Shown: positions 36,386 through 48,166 of the stretch, in pieces
How the letters are laid out: every line of letters starts with the position of its first letter
Numbering within the stretch: the first letter of the stretch is position 1
Source: Lingula anatina
Taxonomy: Eukaryota; Animalia; Brachiopoda
Assembly: GCA_051362555.1 (NCBI GenBank)
Contig: CM120640.1
Location: forward strand, 50,074,788 to 50,138,787
DNA: 64,000 nt
Direction: 5' to 3'
The notes under the pieces: generated by a model
Seen by the model: only the letters and a program-made list of their open reading frames with translations
What the model was told of the DNA's origin: nothing
Databases searched by the model: none
Position numbers and translations under genes: made by a program

Positions 36386-36430
36386 ACGGTAGGGGAGACC
36401 GGGGCTAGTTGGACCCCGGGGTAAGTTGCC
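36386..36430. mobile_element. Probable DNA-transposon terminus fragment
   Basis: TACGGTAGGGGAGACCGGGGCTAGTTG...GGGGTAAGTTG resembles termini of TA-inserting invertebrate DNA transposons. No partner TIR found. Confidence 0.35.
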
Positions 36431-37185
36431 GGAGTCATTTAATTTTAATTTTTATACCGCGTTCCGATATATTTTGTAGTGGTAAATTAAATGTACAATG
36501 TATAACGTAAGGTTGTTTTTATAAATATTTAAAGTATTGCGTCATGGCTAGTACTAGGTAACGTATGTTCCCTAGAAAAATTGTCAAAATGTTTCATTTT
36601 GTTCAAGTACTTGGTGCAAGAGCAAACAATGTTTTCTTTTGCTGACCGAAAAATATATTGTGATACCAATGATAGTTTGACATTTCTGATATAATACTTG
36701 GAGCACGAGGGGATAAATAATTTATTTAATGTTTATTTTACTGTCGGTAGGGTGTATATTCCCGGGTTTTTAAAATTTTCAGTGACAAGCAAACATAAGT
36801 TGCTCAAAGACAATTAATTGCTCTATACAGATTTTTATAATTTTTTACAACGTTATGGCCCTACTTGTATTAAAGGCCAAAACCAATGATGACTGAATTT
36901 TCAAAGTGAGTAAAACGTTTCACAGTTGGACGTTTTGCATTTGTGACAGTAACGTATGTTCCTTTTTGGGGTTAGACGATGAATTTTATTATTATTATTA
37001 TTATTATTCATGGTTCCAGGAGGGTGAAACTTTGATACAAACTTCTTCATGTGGGACCTTAATATAATCAAACATAGTTTGTAATCTGAGCACTAAATAC
37101 TTTACTAGCATGCCTGTGACATCAGTTGCACCTCTATATTGGGTTTGGGTGTAAGATGTGATCGGTTTCCGACGCAACTCCCTAA

Positions 37186-37403
37186 ATCCCCCCTTACACT
37201 GGACGGCGTCCTTTCTGCATCCTCTGTGCGACCAAGAAACTGGCATCGCTGTGGTTGTTAAAAGGAGGCAGCAGGCATCGCTTTGGTTGCAGAATGAATG
37301 CTCAATGATCGGCCAGTTGTCGGCACTTTAAGAATTTTTTTTACTCTCAAACGGTGCCGTTCTCAGAGACGCAAAAAAGACGCCGACCAGTGTAAAGGGG
37401 GCT
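37186..37403. mobile_element. MITE (PIF/Harbinger-like)
   Basis: TIRs ATCCCCCCTTACACTGG / CCAGTGTAAAGGGGGCT with TAA TSD. Confidence 0.78.
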
Positions 37404-38508
37404 TAATCAAGTATCTGACATGGTTGACGACTAGGCTACACCATCCTCTGGCGACTTTTGTTAATATTTTTAAGAGATATGAATCCCTTATGCACGATGT
37501 TCCAGTAAACACGAACCTTTTTTCGTCTCTTTACTGATAAAAACAAGAAAATTTGATGATATCATATAATCATCACCACTCAAAAATTCCATCCAGGGTC
37601 ACTCATTTCACAAACACGCATCCTCTTGTTTACAAGGCACCAGTTTAATCACAAGCTTCTCTGTATTCTATTCTATTCTACGCCAGGAGACAATGTGTTT
37701 GTCCATTCTATCATTCTGCGAGTTACTGAGCACTACACAAGCTATTGCAGTACACTAGCTCTTTCTGAACGAAACATATATCTACAGTTTTATTTCCTCA
37801 TATCCCAACAATTTCCAATACCTCCACCTACTCTGGGGCAATGTTTTGTATGTCAAGAATGCAAATTCTACTTTACAGGAAAAGAGGGCTGTGACTATCC
37901 GATATGGAACCACTAACATTTGCTGCAGCAGTTTGCCTGCTACTGTCAATTAAAATAACATTACAATTAGAATATCATTCATTCACTATTATTATAACTC
38001 CAATCCCATTATGAACTTTACTATGCAGCTTTTACATTTTTTTCAGAATATGGAATTTGAAAAAAAAAAAAAAAAACACCATTACACAAACACCAACTTT
38101 TCATGAAGTTGTTAAAACATGCAACATGCTAACAATTATTAGCCATGGATAGAGCGTCAATGTATTAAAGATAATGTTCATAATTTGAAAGGACATTAAA
38201 AGGAAGAACAATGCACTTGAAATATATCGCAAACCAACCGCTTTGTCCAGAACTTAAAGAAAATGCGCCTTTTAGGCTTACCATAGAAAGTGCCATGGTG
38301 GTTTTATTTTCAAGCTCTTCACATTTCAATATGCAGAGTCAAATATTGACATTATTTAAGTCAGTTCAGTTTGTGGTCAATGTGGTAAAAAATGATAATT
38401 AAATCAGGCAGTTAATATTTGAAATCATGCTGCTTGGAAAAGAATACAACAAATAATTGTATATGTAAAAGAGTCTTAAGTTCATTAGTTTGCTAGAAAA
38501 CTTCATGA

Positions 38509-41500
38509 TTAAGACTCTGTATCACTTGGGGGAGGTTCGCTGGGTGCTTTCTTTTCAACCTTTTTCTTCTTCTTTTTTACTTGCTTTTTGTCTCCTTGTG
38601 TTTCTTTATCATTATCCTCAGGCATTAGTGAGAAAGGTGGTGGTACAGCATAATCAGATACAGCCCCCAGACCCCTGGCTGAGGCATGAGCAGCAAGAAC
38701 ATCTGCAGCCTGCTTGGTTTCCACCATCACACGAGCATCCCTCAGCCAATCACTTGCTACTCTCTTAGGCATTCCCTGCAACTGGCCTATATATTTCACA
38801 GCATTCTCAAAGTTACCTCTGTCCATAAAGTATTTTGCACGTGCTAGCAAACTTATGGTGTTCACCTCTTCTGGCGCCATGTCTGAATTTGGTGATGCGG
38901 TGTATCCAGTATCGAAGATAAACAGCTGCTGGAGCCAGGATAACAGGTAGAGCATTGGACCAGCACCATTTTCTCCAACCAAAGCTACTCGACGACAAAC
39001 CTTGTACACTTTCTCAAATCTGCTCTTCAGAGAATCTGCACTCCACACGCCCTTGTCCACAGCCTCACTTGGCACACCATTCAACACACTGGCTACAAAG
39101 GGGTCCAAGCCTGCTGCATCCCTAACTGCAGCAATCTCCTCCTCCAGGGGTTTCTTTGGATTTTCAGCATCCCCAGTCCCCGTGGTGATGGCATTCAATA
39201 AAGCTTGGCTAGCCAACCAATATTCATGTGCTGTGCCACCTTCCATTTCCTTTAAGGCTTGACCTGAATCAAATGAAAAGCATTAACTAAATAATAATAA
39301 TAATAAGAAGAAGAAGAAGAAGAAGAAGAAGACATTTATGCTCCAAATGCTGCAATGTCATTTATGCCAGTTCTCTGCACTACATATATATATAAAGAAT
39401 ACAATTATAATGCAAATAATAATATTGTATTTCCTTTACAAGGAATGCCTAGTGTGATTGATTATTTGAGTTGGGGGGGGGGATCCTTTTGCATAGCCAT
39501 TTAAATATATCTGGATATGTCCATCATGGTCTTTGCTCTTTATGGGTTCATGAGTCATTTCTCACTATATATTTATGTAATAATAACATCATTGTAACTA
39601 GAGGATCAGAGGTGATATTCCCTCCGAGTCTTGTAACACTAGCCAGAGTAGGTGCATTTGTATGAAAAAAAAAAAAAAAGGTATATTTAGCATTTTAATT
39701 TCAAACAAGGGTGCATTGCAACGACTACCATACCTAGACTGGTGCACCGATGAAGCCCAAAATTTACGTGAATCGAGTTGAGATTATGTGCAGCCAAAAT
39801 CCAAGAGATGGGTAAGCAGGATCTTGTCGTTTAGGAGAAGATGTAAAGGTGACATAGCGGTGGGACCAAAACCATGTGTACCCCCATATGCCAGGCTGGT
39901 GGTACAATAAAACAATATTGTACAATTTTGAAAGTTGAACTTTTACCTTCAAGCCTGTGACCAAGAGGGCAAATGAATAACTGATAATTACAAATTAATA
40001 GCTATAAATTCAAATTCACTATTGTGTATTATGCGTGTAGATACCTTGTATAGCCAATTCCATGGAAAACAGCCTGCCAGCCAATGAGGTTATTTCCTTA
40101 TTCAAGTCATTGTGCTTCTTTCTAGCAGCCTCTTCTGCCATCTTGTCAAATTCGGCCTCCAAGTCCTTCCGCTGTGTTGCTAGTACTTCTGTTAAATGGT
40201 CATTGTATGCTGCAGCTTGGCGAGCCAGTGCTTGACGAAGCTCCTTCTCAAATTCAATTCTTGCATTAGTTTCCTGAAATAAAAAAGTCTTATACCAATA
40301 CTAAAGAAATACTAGGTTAAATTGTTCAAGCTTGGAAATCCTTTTAAGTGCACAAACAGCTTATGTAAAACAGTTTGTTTTTAACAATCTTTTACTATTA
40401 GTTAATAATGAAAAGTAAAATTCTCTTATTTCAAAAGCTACATAATCATTAAATGGATTTATAGTAAAATTTCATTAAACATGTTTATCTTTTTTATTAG
40501 CTTTCAAATTACCAAATGTTTTTTCTCTATTTCAAATTTGCTGATCAGAGCTTCTTTCTCTATTTGCAACCTAGAATCTAGCAGTTTTTCATCTGTAGTA
40601 CGCTGTTGTTCCAGTGTTTCACCCACAACTTTTAACTGTGAGACCTCATGTTCTGCCAGCTGCTTCTGCAGTTGATCAATTCGTCGGTGAGCATGTGAAA
40701 GAAGAGAATTGAGCTCTTCTACACTGAGTTTCTGACCTGGAAAATGTAAAATTGTTGCAATATCTCATGTTTCTGGCATATGCCAAGGTTTCTAACACGG
40801 AGCAGGAGTCTAGTACATACAATTGTGTTCCAGTATAAATTTTGTGAGTAAATTAATGCAAAAACTACCACTCCCAATAACTAGCATTCACTGATTGTGT
40901 GTTTTCAGTTAATATCCTTAAATTAAAACAAACTTAAATTTCATCAAATAATGTACAAGGCAATTCACCCTTTTCTCCTAGTTTTACATCTGGTACTATA
41001 CTCTCCATCTCTTTCTGAAACTGGTCTTTTCCTTTTTCCACGCGGTCCTTATAATGATGCAATATATTTGACTCGGACAAGGCATGGCTGACCTAAAAGA
41101 GAAAGAGAATTTCAAACTAACATAACTCTTGTCAATTACTTTGTCTTAAACAAATGCAGTACTGAAAACAAAACTTAATTGAAATCTGCAAAGCATACAT
41201 CATATCATATCTCAATATTAGTACTAGTTACAACAAGAGTAATCTACTGTACCTGACATCCAAGAGCCTAATGTTTGCTCTTGTATGTTGCATACAGTGG
41301 ACAATGAGTCGTTGTAACTGACTTATACCACACTGGACAGTGGTGCTTCAAAAAATAGGATGAATGCACAGACTGAAGCGTATGAAAATACAGGGGAGCC
41401 TGTAAATGAATTACAAGTGCAATTATCCTATTGTCTGAAGGCCTAGCCATGGTATAATTACATACAATGTTATTAAGTTTAACAGTTACCTACTTTTGCA

Positions 41501-43418
41501 ACTACTCCATCTAGTTCATATTTTAGGTTGCTGTACTGGTCTTGGGCCTGTGCCAATATCTCATTTGCCTCAGTTTTAGCTTCAGCTTTGCCATCTTCTA
41601 TTGCCTTTTTCAGCATTTCTAATTCATCACTAAATAGTTTAGAAGTAAAATGTTATAAGAAACCATCATTTTAATTAAATACCTAAAAGAAAACAAACTA
41701 TGAGAAATAACTAAATGCAATATCTATCAGAGTTGGTTAAGAAGCTGACAAAGCATACTTATGGAGATCTAATAGATAAAACATGCATGCGTGTGGGCAT
41801 GCACAGAAATACATAGACTCACAGACATTCACATAGAAAATTAATAAATATCCTACTGAGCAAACTGTCGCATTCTTTCTGCCTCTTCTTGAGCTTTCTT
41901 TTTCAGCTCACCAGCATGGAAAAGCTCAGATCTATGGGATTCTTTATCACCCTAAATTAGAAGCAATGGTACAAAAACAAGTTTAAGGAAAAAAAACTAA
42001 AAAAATTATTATTTTAGACATTTTGTTCTGACATATCTGATCTGTTCAAAACTTAGTAACTAGGTGAGCCAGTTTTTCATGTATTACACATCAATAATCT
42101 TACATACAAATGTTACACATAATAAAGATGACAAAAATAAGTGTGAAAACATCTATGGCCACATTCAGAACAGATGATCTGCAGACTAACTGGTCCATGG
42201 ATCAAATACAGCCAACCCTACTTGAAAGCAAGGACTCCCTGCCTACCACATGCGCCAGGCCTGCAGGGGCCTGGCAATTAAACAGATTAAATCTCAGCTC
42301 TGAGTTAGCTAGGACAGTTAGCATGAGAATCATCTGTTGTGAATGTGGCCTATCTAAAACTTATTTTCCAAGTTTGAAGGTTTCAACATAAAAAAATAGT
42401 AAAAACTTAATGATTAAAGAAAATCGTTTGCTACTGCTATTTCAATTCCTAAGATATTTGGTGGCCAATTCTAATATATATAATTCTAAATGTTCTGACT
42501 TTGCCATAAATTAAATGATGCAGTATTAAAAATGTGTACCTCTGAAGACTCATCCATGGTCTTTCGGAACAGTTTAGTATGATTTGCAATGACCTCTGCA
42601 GCGTGATGGTGAAGGTCTACTGCACGCTGAACCAATTTCTTTGCAGAAGTCACAGACTTGTCCACTTGCTCTTCAAGCTCTATTGAGAAAATAAATAAGT
42701 AAACAGCAAAGCTGGCAAATATTCAGGGTCCCGTTTCACGAAGCAGTCGTTAGTTAGAATAACTAACTATTGAATTATCTAGCTAACAAGAAAACTTAGC
42801 ACAACAATGTGATAGAAAAAAAATGAAAAAAAAGAAAGAAAGAAAAAATAATAAAATAATCCCATCATGCCAACATGTCTTTTTCTTAAGCAAAGCCATT
42901 AAGCAAATTTGAAGTAAAATAAAAATATGGCTTGATAATCATAGGACAAACATTGCCAAAATACACGTAAAAAACAATTATTCCTGTAAAAACAATCTGA
43001 TCATACTGATTTTTGAAAGGAAACTTTTTAACCAAACAAAGCCACTTGGTAAATTTAAAGCAAAATTTATACAGACTGATGTATTTATCAGCAACTGCAA
43101 AAAGAACAGACACAGTGATCAGAATAAATACAGCCACATACCATGTCAGTATATCAAAAGAATGGTTTAGCTTTATTTAATCAAATTGTGAAGAAGGAAC
43201 AATGTTTTCACATACAGTGAAGATAAGCCTGGTACTGAAGACTCACTTTGTGTTTTTATATAACTTTGTAGATGATATTACCTTTATTTCTTTTCATTAT
43301 TAAATCTTCTTCTTCTTTGATCTTACGGTCTACCTCCAATTTGTCTTGTCTTTTTCTTTCCAAGTCCTGTTCTTTTTCAATTTCCTTTGCAACTTCTTCC
43401 GGAATTTCAACTTGCAAA

Positions 43419-43450
<32 letters not shown>

Positions 43451-45328
43451 CTCTTTCACACACTTAAATTACAACTCTTTACAGAAATTGCACATTTATT
43501 CCCAATAAAATTATATTTTATGTCTTCAAAACATAACCTGTTAACATTTTAAAAAATAAAGATTTCTCTTATTATCAATTTAAAGAAGACTGCTGGTATA
43601 TTTGCACTTTCAAATTCAAGAAAGCATACATTATCTTACTTTTCTTTTTCTTTGCTTTAACAGCCACACCCTTAGGAGACAAATCCAGCTGTGCAGAACT
43701 CTTTGCTTCAACTTTCTCAGGAACTTGCTCTATGTCAGCCCTGTCTTCAGACTGCATTATAAATTTTAAAAAAAGCTGCATCGCTTCTGCACAAGTTGTA
43801 GAAGTCCAATATAAACATCAAAATGTGTACTAAAGAGTAACAGTCTTATTGTGAAAATTCTGGTAATGGGAGAAGAATTGGTTTAGCTGAAAAAAGTTTT
43901 TGACGAATGCAGTTTTATCAACTGACTTAACTAATTAATTATGTTGCATGAAACTGATCAATCATCCTGCCATTTTTTTCTTTTTCTGTTTTATTATTTT
44001 TTTTTTTACCATACAGGTATATATATGATGCACATAGAAATGCACACATTTATAAAATTTTAGAAGCAAATTAGCATTACTATTTGATTAAAATATTTTC
44101 AACTACCTTTGGTGTTGATCCTGATAAAGCTGGGGATCCTCGCAAGAAGTTATTTCTAATATAATTTTAAAAAGATCAAATATATAACCAAACATTAGTT
44201 GATATTTTTCATAATAATGTATTCAAACTATAATATCTGGATTAAATCCAAACAAAACTACAAATGACAAAATAATAGCTTATCTGAAGAACTGTTAAGG
44301 CCAAAAATTAAAACCTTTTGTCTGTTATTTATTTTGTCATACTCAACATATGTATGCAACTAAGTGTCTATTTATATCCTAAAACTTTTGCTCACTTAGT
44401 TATGTCTTTCTTGGCTGGGAGGTATTGAAAAGCTAAATCTGCATATGGCACTTTTTCCTCCAAGAATTCCCTATAGGTAGGTTCATACAGAGCATAAGCT
44501 ACATTTCCTCCAACACCAACCACTGTCAACCCTGTGAGAGGAAGTATCCAGCTACCAGCACCTCCACTGGAAAGATAAAAAAATATAAATATAAACACTG
44601 AATGTAATGTAAACACTGAATATTCATTGGGCATCTAATCCTTCTTATTTTCTTCAATAACTGGAAATTATTACTAATGCTTAGATATATGAAAATAATC
44701 ATAGGTGTATGCTATGTCACAATGCTCAGTTCACACACAAACACACACACACACACGCACGCACACACAAACACACACACACTAGTACCCTTACCCTCCT
44801 CCTCGGGGTGGTGGTGGTGGAGCAGCATTCTGCCACAATCTGTGGGTCTGACTAAAACCTCGTTTACCAAGGCCTAGTAGTGCACTGGCCTTAACATTAG
44901 GACCCCTGGGTTTAGCTGGTCCAGAAGAGCACTGTTAGTAAAAAAAATTTTTTTTAGTATAAATTTATGTTTTTATTGAGCTTTATAATGATATAAAAAA
45001 TTTAATAAAGTATAAATTCATGTTTTTATTGAGCTTTACATGGTCCCACAGCTTCATTTTGTCTTGAAACAAAAAATATCAACTATATTAAAAATATCAA
45101 CTAATGTTTGGTGTCGTCCCTGCATACAGTAATTAACTCTAATCAATTCAACCAGTCGAGGGACGATGCGTGGGGTGCCGAGCATGAGAGGCCATTACAG
45201 GATTAAGCAGTCTTCCTTTCATGTAGGTCCGCCATATTTAGGTCGAGGTCTAGCTAGCACTCAGCTCTTTTAATTCTTAATTGGGGCATACAGTGGTGGA
45301 ATAAAGCCTTACCTAATATGCGTAGCAT
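38509..45328 (-). CDS. IMMT: MICOS complex subunit MIC60 / mitofilin
   Basis: Phase-consistent exons 44795-44931, 44396-44566 (TM segment), 44107-44155, 43640-43751, 43282-43410, 42540-42679, 41857-41951, 41494-41629, 40969-41092, 40513-40736 (LNSLLSHAHRRIDQL), 40045-40273 (RQAAAYNDHL) and 38509-39263 (mitofilin domain, VASDWLRDARVMVETKQ). 5' exon(s) uncertain (candidates 45313-45328 plus 45040-45062). Confidence 0.9.
42157..42350. mobile_element. MITE family C copy (GGCC termini, TAT TSD)
   Basis: TIR GGCCACATTCAGAACAGATGAT / ATCATCTGTTGTGAATGTGGCC with TAT flanks. Confidence 0.78.
45150..45250. mobile_element. Degenerate remnant of MITE family B in the MIC60 5' region
   Basis: gattaagcagtcttcctttcatgtaggtccgccatatttaggtc resembles gattaggcggttttttctttcatgtacgtccgccatttttaggtc at ~33330-33372. 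Confidence 0.6.
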
Positions 45329-46090
45329 TGTAATTTGTAAGGCATTTAAGATAAGGCAAAGTAATCGCCATGTTTTTGGGGCTTATGTATACCTTCTTTG
45401 ACTCTAGCACCAGCAGTGAATATAACTGTACTTTCAAATCGCTGCGACAGACTCACAGAGTCAGGAACTTAAAACTACAGTATATGTTTGATCACGTAGT
45501 CATAATTGTATGGGTGAAGAAGCACACCACCGACCGGTGTCAACGAACAGATAAATTTCGTCACTAATAGTGATGTGGTGACACTATTTATGCAACATAC
45601 TGATGTCGTTTGATGCATTATCTAGCTGAATCAAACTGCCATAGGCATATTCCACTTAACAACTTACGGAAATGTTCCTTGCAATTTGCTTCGAAGGTGC
45701 CCTCCACATTTCGGTGCATCCACACAATATGGCTGAATGGGCGAGAGGAGTCTGGGTACTCACAGCTAGCGCAATTAAATAAATATATATTGCATTAATA
45801 ATTAGAGACGATTTGACAACAATGGTCGATGCCTTACGTTCTTAATTGGATTATTATATTTATATATTTATATATTCTGGATTCAATATGTTTTGAACAC
45901 TAACTATTATATGGTCATTTGTTCTGGGAAACTCTATTCGAAAGGAAAAATTAGCTCTACATTACGGGTAAATCGAAATGAGATGTAAGCTCAAGTGGCA
46001 ATTGAAACAGGATGAAAAAAACTCAGTGAAACTGTGATATAATATTGCAGTCTCTTAGGACATTGTGTTTAACACTTTCCTCGGCAGAGG

Positions 46091-47805
46091 ATGGATCCAG
46101 ATCCTTCATCGTCAAGCTTGGAATCTAAGAAAGACATTGCTGCTGGCGCTACAGAATTGAACATTTCTGGAACAAGTAATGAAAGCTTGGAAGAAAAGCA
46201 CGAAGATAAGGGCGATGTCGAGCCAGATGTTGACGAAAAACACAAAGGAAAAAGTGAAGTTGACGTTGAAAAACAAGAGAGAGACGATACGCATGCAATG
46301 CTTAAAAGAAAGAAAGAAAAGCAGGACGAAGAGAGGATGAAAATGCAGTAAATATTAGAATAAATAATATTAGTCCTTATCGATACCATCATTATTTATA
46401 CCAATGCCAAATAGTTATAAAAGCGCCGGTAGATATCTTGTTCCTTTATTGAAATTGACAGTAATGCATCATGTACAGGTTTATGTAACTGCAAATGGCA
46501 TAAAATGCATGCCTTTAATTGATATATATAGTACATAGTAGACAAAGAGGTATAAAACAATGAATGCATTGGATTTCGTCAGACATTCTTACTGCTACAT
46601 GTAATTCTTACTGCTGAAATGATTTTACTTTAGACTGTATAAAGAACATTTTTGGTGCCTGAACTCTAATTTTGAAATCTATTTAATTTTGTACATTTCT
46701 GCAATGATCTGGCTCTCTCAGGCTCTGGCAGCATGAAACTAATGCATTACCATTTTTATTGGCAATTTTGATATCCACTGTGTTAGCACAGCCAGTGCAA
46801 ATTATCAGAATTATCAATAAGAGTGCTAATGCATGAATTTCGTACTAAGGCTCTGTGTGCCTTACAAAAATTCTTTTTAAATCCAAAATTCTGTTAAAGC
46901 ATTTTAGTCCTTTCAGAAGGGAGGATTAAAGATGTCAATGCAAAACCAAGAAAAAAATTTCATAAAAATGAATTCTTCCTCTTTTCAGGGTCTTGGTGTC
47001 CAATTTTTCAGAAGAACAATTAAACCAGTATGAAATGTACAGAAGAGCAGCATTTCCAAAAGCTGCAATCAAGAGGGTAAGTCACTGGGTTATCTCAAAA
47101 TAAATGACTAAAATAAAATAAATATGGTAGTTACAATACCATCACCCATGTTATTCTGCAAGGCTTCATTTTAATGCCAAGTATTATTGATGATGTTAAA
47201 TGTACAGCAACATGTATTTAAGTTATTGTCTTGATGGAATGTTTCTTGACAAGTTAAAGGGGGAAAGTTAATTTGGCTGATGCATGCATATACTGTAGAG
47301 TTAATCATAAGAATGTTTATCATTTAAAAAAGTCTAATAACACCAAATAAATATCATGAATGTTTATTGCAGCTTATGCAGTCGCTTACTGGAACAACAG
47401 TTGCACAAAATGTTGTCATTGCTATGTCAGGAATTTCCAAAGTATTTGTAGGAGAAGTGGTAGAGGAAGGTACATAATAAACATGACACACTGTACCCAA
47501 ATAAAGAATCATTATCTTAATGTTGTAATGTAAAGCAGTCTCAGGATTTAATTTTTATATTGTTAATGTATTTTTGTATCGTAAAGATCTATTTCCCATG
47601 TTTCTCTGGGTCAGATATGAAAATCATACACATATTTATTAAATTGGTCACTAATTTGGAATTTATTATTTCAGCCTTAGATGTGATGGAGCAGTGGAAA
47701 GAAACTGGACCCCTACAGCCAAAGCACTTGAGAGAAGCTGTGAGAAGACTACGTTCAAGAGGTCAAGTGCCAACAACGAGATACAAAAAGAAGTTCTTTC
47801 ACTGA
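46091..47805 (+). CDS. TAF11: Transcription initiation factor TFIID subunit 11
   Basis: Exons 46091-46347, 46989-47076, 47373-47469, 47675-47805 (TGA). Motifs [59 protein letters not shown] and [15 protein letters not shown] (TAFII28 histone fold). Confidence 0.96.
46729..46847. mobile_element. Degenerate hairpin MITE, family D copy 2
   Basis: Homologous to 33709-33826 (gcacagccagtgca...gagtgctaatgcatgaattt); 9-bp flanks AGGCTCTGG / AGGCTCTGT. Confidence 0.75.
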
Positions 47806-48166
47806 TACCAAGAAGCAACATATGAGGAATCATTTTATGACATGATGCTTGGGAAGATCTAAATTGATATGGATTGCAGTGGCAGGACCTGTCACACCTA
47901 ACACATTTAGAAATACATGTGCTGAAAAACCGTTTTATATAAGGTGCAAGTAGATAGATTTGCTGTGGCATAGATCCTGATCCACCTTTAAACCATATTG
48001 TTTGATCAGGATAGCTGTGAAGGGCTGAGTGTCTTGTTACAAGTATTGTCATTTCCCTCAAGTAATACAGGTCTAGGTTGCCCTAATGCCCAGGATTGGG
48101 CCAGGAAGATGCACACTTCTAATGAAATTGAAGTATGCAAATAATTTACTGAAATGAAGGCATTAA

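Noticed and set aside
40037-40044. Possible U12-type donor (GTATCT) in MIC60
   Set aside because: Reads GTATCTAC rather than GTATCCTT; treated as a normal U2 intron.
46348-46351. Apparent premature stop in TAF11 (86-aa ORF)
   Set aside because: The TAA lies within the GTAAAT donor; splicing to 46989 restores KMQVLVS.
46069-46392. 107-aa antisense ORF over TAF11 exon 1, and similar ORFs antisense to MIC60, SIMC1 and TMEM86
   Set aside because: Shadow ORFs from codon bias on the coding strand; no recognisable motifs.
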